DNA of 27,624 nucleotides, taken from assembly GCA_037446135.1 (NCBI GenBank), contig JBBIJD010000016.1, positions 1-27,624 on the forward strand, read 5' to 3'. The translations under genes were made by a program, and so were the position numbers. Source of the stretch: Candidatus Fraserbacteria bacterium. GTDB taxonomy: Bacteria; Bipolaricaulota; Bipolaricaulia; RBG-16-55-9; JANLFV01. Below, one piece after another: positions 1-9,736 of the stretch (the stretch's first letter is position 1; each line of letters opens with the position of its first letter). The notes under the pieces were generated by a model. That model saw only the letters and a program-made list of their open reading frames with translations. It had not been told where the DNA came from and searched no databases.

Positions 1-1553
<1,553 letters not shown>

Positions 1554-1638
1554 CAACAAGAGGCGCTTTCAGCACCTTTGAGCGCCACTACAAGCTCTAT
1601 CCCCTGTGCCTTAGGGCTATGCTCTTCGCCTTTCTTTT

Positions 1639-1667
1639 TTGCCTAATCCCGCCCTTTCCGCTAACCT
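1639..1667 (+). promoter_or_regulatory. Putative sigma70 promoter for the amidohydrolase (probably a leaderless transcript)
   Basis: TTGCCT (1639-1644), 17 nt spacer, TAACCT (1662-1667). The predicted start falls near TTG 1674/ATG 1677, and there is no SD upstream. Confidence 0.5.
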
Positions 1668-1676
1668 CTCCCTTTG

Positions 1677-3239
1677 ATGGCCCACCGGGTCGGCACGGAC
1701 TTGATCTTGGTCCACGGACGGGTACACACCCTTGGGGAGCCCGGGACTGCCGAAGCTATCGCTATCTCCTCTGGGCGAATTAGCGCGATCGGCAGGGATG
1801 AGGAGGTCCGCTCTCTCGCCTCTCCAGGGACAAGGGTCATCGACCTTGGGGACCGGACCGTCCTCCCGGGGTTCATCGACGCTCATACCCATCTCGTCTC
1901 GACTGGCCTTGTCAAGACGGCTTACCTCGACCTGAGCGGCGCCCACTCGCTCTCCGCGCTCCTGGAGATGATCCGCGCAGCCAGGGAAGAGCGAGCTGCC
2001 GGGGAGTGGCTGATCGGCCGGGGCTGGGAGGAGAGCCGCTGGCCCGAGCCGGAGCGGTGCTATGTCAATCGACGAGACCTCGACCGCGTCGCACCGGACC
2101 GCCCGGTGGCCCTCTTCCGCGTCGATGGCCACCTGTTAAGCGTCAATTCCAAGGCTCTCGAGTTGGTCAAACTCCCCGAGGAACTCGCGGGCCAGGCCGA
2201 CCTGGAGCGGGGCCTCCTTTGGGAGGAGGCGGCCTGGTGGTTCCACGAGCAGATCGAGCCCGGCCAAGAGGAGCTCGAGCGGGCGATCCTGGCCGCTGCT
2301 AGGCTGGCCCACTCCCTGGGGATCACTTCGGCCCACGAGATCGTCAAACCGAGTTACATCAGAGCTTATCAAAAGCTAAGGGCAGCGAGCCGCCTCAAGC
2401 TCCGGATCTATCTTAATCCCAGGGTCGAAGATGCAGCTCGGCTCTTCGAGGCTGGCCTCCGCACCGGCTTCGGCGATGAGTGGCTCCGCCTCGGAGGGGT
2501 GAAGCTCTTCGCCGACGGCTCCATTGGGGCGGGGAGCGCTGCCTTGAGCGAGCCATACCGCGATCGTCCCGGCCTGGGGAAGCTCAATTACAGCGATGAG
2601 GAGCTCTTCCAACTTTTGCGGGAGGCCCATGAGCAAGGCTGGCAGGTCTTGACCCATGCGATCGGGGACCGGGCGATCGAGCAGGTCTTGCGAGCCTACG
2701 AGCGAGTGGGAGTCGGGCCGGAGGACCGTTGGCGAATCGAGCATTTCGAGCTGGCGAGCCCGGAACAGCTCGAGCGGGCGGCCCATCTCGGGCTGATCGC
2801 CTCGATGCAGCCGAACTTCCTCAAGTGGGCCAGGCCAGGGGACATGTATGAGACTAGGCTGGGGAAGGGGCGGACGGGCCGGATCGGGCCCCACCGCTCG
2901 GTCTTTGAGGCCGGGATCAAGCTGGCCTTCGGCTCGGACTGCATGCCCCTTGGGCCGCTCTTCGGGATAAATCAGGCGGTCAATGCCCCCTATCCGGCCC
3001 AGCGGCTGCCAGTGGAGGAGGCCATCCGTTGCTATACCCTCGGCGGGGCCTATGCCTCTTTTGAAGAGGGCTCGAAGGGCTCGCTCGAGCCGGGGAAGCT
3101 GGCCGATTTCGTCGTCCTCTCATCAGATCCGTTCGAACAGCCCTCCTCAATCGAGGAGATCCAGGTCGAGATGGCCTTTGTGGGAGGGGAGCTGGTCTTC
3201 TCCCGCGCGGCTGTTGACAATCACCCCCGAGCCTGGTAA
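1677..3239 (+). CDS. Metal-dependent amidohydrolase, YtcJ/Amidohydro_3 family
   Basis: PGFIDAHTH (HxH), VKLFADGSIG, THAIGDRA, RIEH, AFGSD and GSLEPGKLADFVVL. TTG at 1674 is an alternative start. Confidence 0.92.
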   Translation: MAHRVGTDLILVHGRVHTLGEPGTAEAIAISSGRISAIGRDEEVRSLASPGTRVIDLGDRTVLPGFIDAHTHLVSTGLVKTAYLDLSGAHSLSALLEMIRAAREERAAGEWLIGRGWEESRWPEPERCYVNRRDLDRVAPDRPVALFRVDGHLLSVNSKALELVKLPEELAGQADLERGLLWEEAAWWFHEQIEPGQEELERAILAAARLAHSLGITSAHEIVKPSYIRAYQKLRAASRLKLRIYLNPRVEDAARLFEAGLRTGFGDEWLRLGGVKLFADGSIGAGSAALSEPYRDRPGLGKLNYSDEELFQLLREAHEQGWQVLTHAIGDRAIEQVLRAYERVGVGPEDRWRIEHFELASPEQLERAAHLGLIASMQPNFLKWARPGDMYETRLGKGRTGRIGPHRSVFEAGIKLAFGSDCMPLGPLFGINQAVNAPYPAQRLPVEEAIRCYTLGGAYASFEEGSKGSLEPGKLADFVVLSSDPFEQPSSIEEIQVEMAFVGGELVFSRAAVDNHPRAW

Positions 3240-3243
3240 GCAT
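3214..3243 (+). promoter_or_regulatory. Putative promoter for the galT-like gene, embedded in the 3' end of the amidohydrolase CDS
   Basis: Perfect TTGACA (3214-3219), 17 nt spacer ending in TGG, then an imperfect -10 TAAGCA(T) from 3237. A strong SD (TAAGGAGG) precedes ATG 3276. Confidence 0.5.
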
Positions 3244-3275
3244 GGGCACGAGCTGGGCAAGATTAAGGAGGAAAG

Positions 3276-4328
3276 ATGCCTGAGCTGCGAAGGGGGCCGC
3301 TCGCGGACCGCTGGGTGATCATCGCCGTCGAGCGAGCCAAGCGGCCGACTGACTTCCTCACCAGGGAGGATGAGGAACTCCCCCAACTCGAGCCGGCTCA
3401 ATGCCCTTTCTGTCCAGGGAATGAGGCCAAGACCCCGCCGGAGCTCTTCGCCATTCGCAATGGGGGCGGGCCGAACACGCCCGGCTGGCGGGTCCGGGTG
3501 GTCCCGAACAAGTTCCCGGCCCTGGAGGCCTATGAGGAGCTGGGCCGGGCGGGGATCGGCTTCTTCGATCGAATGAGAGGGGTCGGGGCCCATGAGGTGG
3601 TGATCGAGACACCGGATCATCGTTTGGAGTTGGCCGACCTCCCGCTCGAACAGGTCCGCCTCGCGATCGAGGCCTACATCCAGCGGATGCGCGAGCTCAT
3701 GAACAACCACCGGTTCCGCTATATCCTGCTCTTCAAGAACCACGGGGTGGCAGCCGGGGCTTCGCTCTCTCACCCCCATTCCCAGATCATCGCCACCCCC
3801 GTCGTCCCGAGGAATGTCCGAGACCAGCTCGAAGCGGCCAGACGCTATTACGAAGATAAGGAGAGGTGCATTTTCTGCGATCTGCTCATCCAAGAGCAGA
3901 CCCTCGGTGGAGAGAGGATCGTCGAAGAGAGCGATAGCTATATCGTCTGGGCCCCCTACGACTCCCGCCTCCCCTTCGAGCTTGTGATCTTCCCCAAATA
4001 CCATCTGCATGACTTCACCAGGATGAACGAGGAGCAGCGCTGGGGGCTGGCACGGGTCCTCAAGCGGTCGCTCCTCCGGCTGAAGCTGCTCCTGAATGAT
4101 CCCCCATTCAACATGATGCTCCAGACCTCACCGAATCCCGTCCCTCGCCCGGGGAAGCCCGGCTATTGGGCGACGCTCCAATATGATTACCACTGGCACC
4201 TCGAGATCCTCCCCCGCTTGACCAGAGTCGCGGGATTCGAGTGGGGGACCGGGCTCTACATCAACCCCGTGCCTCCGGAGAAGGCAGCCGAGCACCTGAG
4301 AGGTGTCCAGCTCCCCGAAGGGGTTTGA
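3276..4328 (+). CDS. galT: Galactose-1-phosphate uridylyltransferase family protein (GalT / ADP-glucose phosphorylase-like HIT-fold enzyme)
   Basis: RAKRP, CPFCPGNE (Zn site), VVPNKFPAL, GAHEVVIE, the catalytic GASLSHPHSQ, HWHLEILPR and AGFEWGTG; strong SD. Confidence 0.92.
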   Translation: MPELRRGPLADRWVIIAVERAKRPTDFLTREDEELPQLEPAQCPFCPGNEAKTPPELFAIRNGGGPNTPGWRVRVVPNKFPALEAYEELGRAGIGFFDRMRGVGAHEVVIETPDHRLELADLPLEQVRLAIEAYIQRMRELMNNHRFRYILLFKNHGVAAGASLSHPHSQIIATPVVPRNVRDQLEAARRYYEDKERCIFCDLLIQEQTLGGERIVEESDSYIVWAPYDSRLPFELVIFPKYHLHDFTRMNEEQRWGLARVLKRSLLRLKLLLNDPPFNMMLQTSPNPVPRPGKPGYWATLQYDYHWHLEILPRLTRVAGFEWGTGLYINPVPPEKAAEHLRGVQLPEGV

Positions 4329-4401
4329 TGGCCGCTGAGCTCGCACCATTCGCATTATCCCCTCTTGGGGAGTAGAGGGCTCTTCGCGGCTGGCCGGGCG
4401 T

Positions 4402-4430
4402 TTGCGCCTCCGCTGCTCCCCTCATACAAT
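4402..4430 (+). promoter_or_regulatory. Putative sigma70 promoter
   Basis: TTGCGC (4402-4407), 17 nt spacer, TACAAT (4425-4430); GGGAGG SD lies before TTG 4454. Confidence 0.65.
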
Positions 4431-4453
4431 TTGGCTGGGAGGCACGCCTCACC

Positions 4454-5380
4454 TTGAAGACGATCATCCTCGCTGGTGGCTTCGCAAGGAGGCTCTGGCC
4501 GCTCACCCAAGATCGGCCGAAGGCGCTCCTTCCCGTAGCGGGGAGGCCGATCATCGGATACCTCCTAGATAAGCTCGAGGCACGACTTACAGGGAGACCG
4601 ATCATCTCTGTCAACCGGCGGTTCGCTCCCCAGTTCGAGAGATGGGCTGCAAACCATCATAAAGATGATGTGGAGTTAGTAGTCGAAGAGACCCAGAGCG
4701 AGGAGGAGAAGCTGGGGGCCGTCGGGGCCCTCGCCTTCCTAATCAGGGAACTCCAGCTCCGGGAAGAGATCTTAGTCCTTGGAGGGGACAACATCCTCGA
4801 CCTCGACTTTGGGGAGTTCATCGCCGCCTACCGCGGGCGGCCGCTGCTGGCCCTCTACGATCTCAGCGATCCGGGGAAGGCTAAGCGGAGGTACGGCGTC
4901 GCCGAGCTCGTGGCGCGCCACGAGGGCTCAGGGATCATCTCCTTCCAAGAGAAGCCCGCTCGGCCCCGCTCGGCCTTCGTGAGCACTGCCTGCTACATCT
5001 ATCCTCCCCGAGTCTTCCCTTTGATCGAGAAGTTCCTCGAGCAGACCGGGAAAGGGAGGGATGCCCCGGGCTTCCTCAATGAATGGCTCCTTGAAGAGGG
5101 GGTCGAGCTCGAGGGCTTCGTCTTTCGGGGGAGATGGTTCGATATCGGCGATCGGGCCTCATATATCGAGGCGAACATCGCTCTTTCGGGCGAGGACCTC
5201 TGGCTAGGCCGGGGTGTCGTGATCCGCGACTCCATCGTCCAGAGGTCTGTGATCTTCGATGATGTCCGGATCGAGGGCTCGCTGATCCGGGATTGTGTGA
5301 TCGACTCCGGCTGCGAGCTTGAGGGCGTGGAGCTCCAGGAGTGTCTCCTCGGGATGAGGACGAAGATTAAGCGGGGTTAA
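4454..5380 (+). CDS. Sugar-phosphate nucleotidyltransferase (NDP-sugar pyrophosphorylase) with short C-terminal left-handed beta-helix
   Basis: IILAGGFARRLWPLT..RPKALLPV signature, GGDN, FQEKP, WFDIG, and C-terminal hexapeptide-like repeats; TTG start. Confidence 0.9.
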   Translation: MKTIILAGGFARRLWPLTQDRPKALLPVAGRPIIGYLLDKLEARLTGRPIISVNRRFAPQFERWAANHHKDDVELVVEETQSEEEKLGAVGALAFLIRELQLREEILVLGGDNILDLDFGEFIAAYRGRPLLALYDLSDPGKAKRRYGVAELVARHEGSGIISFQEKPARPRSAFVSTACYIYPPRVFPLIEKFLEQTGKGRDAPGFLNEWLLEEGVELEGFVFRGRWFDIGDRASYIEANIALSGEDLWLGRGVVIRDSIVQRSVIFDDVRIEGSLIRDCVIDSGCELEGVELQECLLGMRTKIKRG

Positions 5381-5419
5381 AAGAGCAGTTAGCTCCCCCA
5401 GGTTGAGGCGGCCCAGCAC

Positions 5420-5448
5420 TTGACAGCGGAGTTCTTTCCCATTATACT
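5420..5448 (+). promoter_or_regulatory. Near-consensus sigma70 promoter of the ROK/alpha-glucoside ABC operon
   Basis: TTGACA (5420-5425), 17 nt spacer, TATACT (5443-5448). Confidence 0.85.
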
Positions 5449-5483
5449 TCTGCCAAGGCTTTTGCAAAAGATCGGGCAGAAGT
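5446..5483. promoter_or_regulatory. 38-bp interrupted palindrome; candidate operator for the ROK repressor
   Basis: ACTTCTGCC-aagg-CTTTTG|CAAAAG-atcg-GGCAGAAGT; it overlaps the -10 box and the predicted transcription start. Confidence 0.65.
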
Positions 5484-5499
5484 CCGGAGGAGGGGTGGT

Positions 5500-6642
5500 T
5501 TGGCCCCTGAGCTGCGAGGAGCGTCTAAGGTCCTCCTGGCCCTGAGGGAGAACGGGAGCCTCCCGATAAGGGGATTATGTGAGGCCTGCAACCTGAGCCG
5601 CCCTACGGTCGAGCGGATCGTGAGTCACCTCTTAGCGGAGGGGCTCATCTGCGAAGATGGGCGGAAGGAGTCCTCCGGCGGGCGCCGGCCCATCCTCTAC
5701 CGGTTCAACGAACGGGCCAAATACGCGATCGGCGTCGACCTAGAGATCCCGGAGCTGGAGCTCGTCCTGAGCGATCTCGCCGGTCGCCCGATCGAGGCCA
5801 CAGCCTGCCCCATCTCCTCTGAAGGGGAACCTGAGGCAATCCTCGAGCTCGTCGGGGCCGAAGTCAGGAGGTTAGTCGCGCGGGCAGGCCTCTCCTTAGG
5901 TGAAGCCCTCGGCCTCGGCTTGGGGGTCCCAGCCTTCTTGCAGGGTGAGACGATCACGATCTCCGGGCGGAACCTCCCGTCTTGGGAAGGGATCCCGGTC
6001 AAGCGGTTCCTCCGGAATCTCCTAAGGGTCCCGGTGTTCGTGGACAATGATGCCAACTTGATGGCGCTATCGGAATACCACCACATGGGCTACGATGATG
6101 ATGTTCTGGTCTATGTGGTCCTCCGCCCTGGGACTAGGGGGGATATCAGGATGGGCGGCGGTGTCCTTATCGGGGGGAGGATCTTCCACGGGGCGCATGG
6201 GAATGCCGCCTCGCTCCAGGAGGCCTATGTCGAGCTGGGAGAGCAGATTACAAGGGCCCTTGGCGATCCGGAGGACTTGATCCCTAGGCTGGTCGCGCAT
6301 CTGACCCTCCCATTAGTTAACATAGTCGCCCTCTTCGATCCCTCCAGGGTGATCATCAACGCCGGGATCCTTGGGGAGCTGGAGGCGCCCTTCCTCGAGC
6401 GCTGTCTGGGGGTTTTGCAAGAGAGGCTCGGGCCGGGCTTCAGGCGGGCCTTCCAGCTCGAGCCGGCCCAAGATCGGGAGTTCGCCTGCGCGAAGGGGGC
6501 AGCCTTGCTGGTCTTGCAAGATCTCTTCGGCAAGCCGGGGACACTGCTCGAGCGGCTGGCTGGCCGTGCGGAAGGAGGTGATCGATGGAGTAACAGAGTA
6601 GAGAGCGACAGGAAAGGCCGAATTCAAATGTTAAGGAGGTAA
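5500..6642 (+). CDS. ROK family transcriptional repressor (N-terminal wHTH), divergent effector domain
   Basis: LSRPTVERIVSHL...SSGGRRP HTH, IGVDL, GLGVP and VFVDNDANLMAL; GGAGGAGG SD before the TTG start. Confidence 0.88.
   Translation: MAPELRGASKVLLALRENGSLPIRGLCEACNLSRPTVERIVSHLLAEGLICEDGRKESSGGRRPILYRFNERAKYAIGVDLEIPELELVLSDLAGRPIEATACPISSEGEPEAILELVGAEVRRLVARAGLSLGEALGLGLGVPAFLQGETITISGRNLPSWEGIPVKRFLRNLLRVPVFVDNDANLMALSEYHHMGYDDDVLVYVVLRPGTRGDIRMGGGVLIGGRIFHGAHGNAASLQEAYVELGEQITRALGDPEDLIPRLVAHLTLPLVNIVALFDPSRVIINAGILGELEAPFLERCLGVLQERLGPGFRRAFQLEPAQDREFACAKGAALLVLQDLFGKPGTLLERLAGRAEGGDRWSNRVESDRKGRIQMLRR
6572..6593 (+). promoter_or_regulatory. Extra upstream Shine-Dalgarno plus 2-codon micro-ORF (ATG GAG TAA)
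   Basis: AAGGAGGTGATC (6572-6583) is a perfect 12-nt complement of the 16S tail at 1533-1544. ATG 6585 lies 6 nt after AAGGAGG, followed by GAG and TAA (ends 6593). Confidence 0.6.
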
Positions 6643-6645
6643 CGG

Positions 6646-7908
6646 ATGTCCAGAAGGTTTCTCAGCATCTCTCTTGTGACGCTGGTGATCGCGGCGCTGC
6701 TGGCGGCCTTCGGTTTGGCGCAGCAGCGCTCGGTGACGGTCATGGTCCTGTGGAGCGGGACGGAATTACAGGCCTTTGAGGAGACTCTCAAGCCATTCGA
6801 GCAGCGGACGGGAATCGATGTGAAGGTGGAGAGCGTCGGGCGAGACCTTCCGACGATCCTCGTCACTCGGTTCGAGGCTGGGAACCCTCCAGATGTAGCC
6901 GCCATGCCCAATCCTGGCCAGATGAAGGAGTTCGTCGCCGAGGGCGGACTGGTGCCGCTCGACTTCCTAGACCTCTCGGATCACCCCAAGGCCTTCGTCG
7001 ACCTGGGGAGTGTCGGCGGGAAGGTCTATGGCCTCTTCATCTCTGCTGACTTAAAGAGCCTGGTCTGGTATAACGCCAAGATTTGGGGCAAGGCCTTCAG
7101 CATCTCCACCTGGGATAACTTGATGAAGTTCACCGAGGGGCTTGCTGCTGGGGGAAAGGCCGCTTGGTGCATCGGACTGGAGAGCGGGGCGGCCTCCGGT
7201 TGGCCGGGGACTGATTGGATCGAGGACATTATGCTCCGGACCGCTGGGCCAGACCTCTACGATAAGTGGGTTAACCACGAGATCCCCTGGACCCATCCGG
7301 CAGTGAAGCGGGCCTTCGAGCTCTTCGGCCAGATCGCCCGGAATAACGCCTATGTCTTCGGTGGGACCACCGGAGTCCTCTCCACTAACTTCGGTGATTC
7401 TCCCGCGGCGATGTTCACCACCCCACCAGGCTGTTTCCTCCATCGCCAGGCCACCTTCATTCAGAGCTTCATCCTCGGTGCTTATCCCAACTTGAAGCCG
7501 GTCGAAGACTATAGCATCTTCGTCTTCCCGCCCATCGATCCGGCGTGGGGGAACCCCTTGCTCGGGGCGGGCGACTTGATCAGCGCCTTCAGGGACACGC
7601 CCGAAGTGCGGGAGCTCCTCAAGTATCTGGCCTCTGCTGAGGCTCAGGCGATCTGGGTCGGCAAGCTCGGGAAGCTCGCGATCAACACTAAGGTCGATCC
7701 GGCGGTCTATCCCGATGACATCACCCGCAAGGCTGCAGAAATCCTTAAGAGCGCTGAGGTCTTCCGCTTCGACGGCTCGGACCTCATGCCGGCCGCAGTC
7801 GGCTCCGGGGCCTTCTGGAAGGGCGTCTTGGATTATGTCAGCGGTGTGAGCCTCGATGTGGTTCTCGCCGAGATCGAGGCGGCAGCTGTGGCGGCCTACG
7901 GGAAGTAA
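6646..7908 (+). CDS. Sugar ABC transporter substrate-binding protein, alpha-glucoside type (AglE/GgtB-like)
   Basis: Sec signal peptide without a lipobox Cys; AGNPPDVA, KSLVWYN, WCIGLESGAASGWPGTDWIED, HRQATFI, FRFDGSDLMPAAVGSGAFW; SD TAAGGAGGT. Confidence 0.9.
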   Translation: MSRRFLSISLVTLVIAALLAAFGLAQQRSVTVMVLWSGTELQAFEETLKPFEQRTGIDVKVESVGRDLPTILVTRFEAGNPPDVAAMPNPGQMKEFVAEGGLVPLDFLDLSDHPKAFVDLGSVGGKVYGLFISADLKSLVWYNAKIWGKAFSISTWDNLMKFTEGLAAGGKAAWCIGLESGAASGWPGTDWIEDIMLRTAGPDLYDKWVNHEIPWTHPAVKRAFELFGQIARNNAYVFGGTTGVLSTNFGDSPAAMFTTPPGCFLHRQATFIQSFILGAYPNLKPVEDYSIFVFPPIDPAWGNPLLGAGDLISAFRDTPEVRELLKYLASAEAQAIWVGKLGKLAINTKVDPAVYPDDITRKAAEILKSAEVFRFDGSDLMPAAVGSGAFWKGVLDYVSGVSLDVVLAEIEAAAVAAYGK

Positions 7909-7924
7909 GTTGAGCGAGGCCTCG

Positions 7925-7964
7925 GCTGGGGCGGGGCCGCTGGCGGCTTCGCCCCAGCTTTTTT
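7925..7964 (+). terminator. Intrinsic terminator-like hairpin with U-tract between SBP and permease
   Basis: GCTGGGGCGGGGCCG-ctgg-CGGCTTCGCCCCAGC (15-bp stem with 2 G-U pairs) followed by TTTTTT (7959-7964). Confidence 0.8.
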
Positions 7965-7998
7965 ACTCTCCCCTCGAGCCTGCTGAAAGGGGATGGCG

Positions 7999-8865
7999 AT
8001 GAAGCGAGGTCGGGCTCATTGGCTCTATCTCGCGCCAGCACTGCTCATGCTGGGGACCTTCCTCGTCTATCCTACCGTCCACACGATCATCATCAGCTTC
8101 TTCGGCCCACGCTCTGACAAGTTTGTCGGGCTGGCCAATTATCGGACGGCGTTCACCGCCAAGCCGATGTTGCTCGCCTTCCGCAATAATGCCATCTGGC
8201 TGGTCGTCTTCACTGCTCTGACCGTCTCTCTGGGACTGCTTCTGGCCGTGCTCCTCGACCGCGTCCGCTATGAGGTGATAGTCAAGTCCGTGATCTTCCT
8301 GCCGATGGCGATCTCCTTTGTCGGTGCCGGAGTGATCTGGAGGTTCATCTACGCCTATCGCCCGGCGGGGACACCCCAGATCGGCTTCCTCAACGGGATC
8401 GTCAACGCCCTGGGGTTCCAGCCGATCGGTTGGCTCATCGAGCGGCCTTGGATCAACAATTTGGCGCTTATTGTCGTGGGGATCTGGGTCTGGACCGGCT
8501 TCTGCATGGTGATCCTCTCCGCGGCCTACAAGGGGATCCCCAAGGAGATGCTCGAGGCCGCCCGGATCGACGGGGCTAATGAGTGGCAGGTCTTCCGGTA
8601 TGTGACGATCCCCTTCCTCAAGTCGACCATCGCGGTCGTGGCGACGACGATGGTCGTCTTCGTGCTCAAGGTCTTCGATATCGTCTATGTCATGACCAAT
8701 GGGGCTTACGATACCGAGGTCGTCGCCAACCGCATGTATAAGGAGATGTTCGCCTTCCGGAACTACGGCCTGGCGAGCGCGATCGCGACTATCCTCTTCT
8801 TGGCCATCATTCCGGCCGTCTTGGTCAACATCCGGCGCTTCCGGGCCCAGGAGGCACTCCGCTGA
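7999..8865 (+). CDS. Carbohydrate ABC transporter permease (AglF/GgtC-like)
   Basis: Hydrophobic TM segments, IFLPMAISFVGAGVIW and the EAA loop EMLEAARIDGA. ATG 7999 has better SD spacing than ATG 7993. Confidence 0.92.
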   Translation: MKRGRAHWLYLAPALLMLGTFLVYPTVHTIIISFFGPRSDKFVGLANYRTAFTAKPMLLAFRNNAIWLVVFTALTVSLGLLLAVLLDRVRYEVIVKSVIFLPMAISFVGAGVIWRFIYAYRPAGTPQIGFLNGIVNALGFQPIGWLIERPWINNLALIVVGIWVWTGFCMVILSAAYKGIPKEMLEAARIDGANEWQVFRYVTIPFLKSTIAVVATTMVVFVLKVFDIVYVMTNGAYDTEVVANRMYKEMFAFRNYGLASAIATILFLAIIPAVLVNIRRFRAQEALR

Positions 8866-9722
8866 TGGCTAAAATGGCACGAGCCCTCACGAGGATCTCC
8901 TTGCACCTGGTGATCATCGTGATCTCCCTGATTTGGATCTCGCCCTCACTGGGGATGCTGATCAGTTCATTCCGCCCCCAACAGGAGATCATCAACTCCG
9001 GCTGGTGGACGGTCTTCCAGCATCCCTTTGATTTCACCCAGTTCACCTTGGAGAACTACATCCGGGTTGTGGGCCAAGAAGGGATGGGGCGAGCCTTTTT
9101 GAATAGCCTGTTCATCTCCATCCCGGCCACACTCATCCCCATCGCCATCGCCTCCCTCGCCGCCTATGCCTTTGCCTGGATGGAGTTCCGCGGTCGGCAG
9201 GCCCTGTTCATGATCGTCATCGGCCTGATCGTGATCCCCTTGCAGATGACCCTCATCCCGGTCCTGCGGCTCTTCAATCGCCTCGGCCTCTCGGGGACTT
9301 TCCTCGGCGTCTGGCTCGCCCATACCGGCTATGGCCTCCCCCTGCAGATCTATCTCTTGCGAAACTTCTTCGGAGCCCTCCCGGCCGAGCTCTTCGAATC
9401 TGCCTACTTGGATGGTGCCTCCCGCTGGACCGCCTTCTCCCGGCTCCTCCTCCCCCTCTCCGTGCCGGTCTTAGCGTCAGTGGCCATCTTCCAGTTCCTC
9501 TGGGTGTGGAACGACCTGCTAGTAGCGCTCGTCTATCTAGGAGGCTTCGAGCGAGTGGCCCCGGTGACACTGAAGTTGAGTCTGCTCGTCGGCTCGCGGG
9601 GCCAGGACTGGCACCTCCTGACCGCGGCGGCCTTCGTCTCTATGGCCCTGCCCCTGGCCGTCTTCTTCTCGCTCCAGCGCTACTTCGTCCGGGGGATCCT
9701 CGCCGGAGCCCTGAAAGGGTAA
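8865..9722 (+). CDS. Carbohydrate ABC transporter permease (AglG/GgtD-like)
   Basis: AAYAFAWMEFRGR, WLAHTGYGLPL, ELFESAYLDGA, IFQFLWVWNDLL and FSLQRYFVRGILAG; TGATG overlap with the upstream gene. Confidence 0.92.
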   Translation: MAKMARALTRISLHLVIIVISLIWISPSLGMLISSFRPQQEIINSGWWTVFQHPFDFTQFTLENYIRVVGQEGMGRAFLNSLFISIPATLIPIAIASLAAYAFAWMEFRGRQALFMIVIGLIVIPLQMTLIPVLRLFNRLGLSGTFLGVWLAHTGYGLPLQIYLLRNFFGALPAELFESAYLDGASRWTAFSRLLLPLSVPVLASVAIFQFLWVWNDLLVALVYLGGFERVAPVTLKLSLLVGSRGQDWHLLTAAAFVSMALPLAVFFSLQRYFVRGILAGALKG

Positions 9723-9736
9723 GAGCATCTCGCGGC

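Noticed and set aside
3147..4010. 287-aa minus-strand ORF
   Set aside because: It is the antisense shadow of galT in GC-rich DNA, with no recognisable motifs.
4329..4400. Small hairpin TCCCC-tctt-GGGGA and a TATCCCCT word shared with 1598
   Set aside because: The stem and match are too short to support an ncRNA or repeat family.
9506..9736. 77-aa N-terminal extension of the glucosidase in the ORF track
   Set aside because: It overlaps the permease in another frame and is Arg/Pro-rich; ATG 9737 is the better start.
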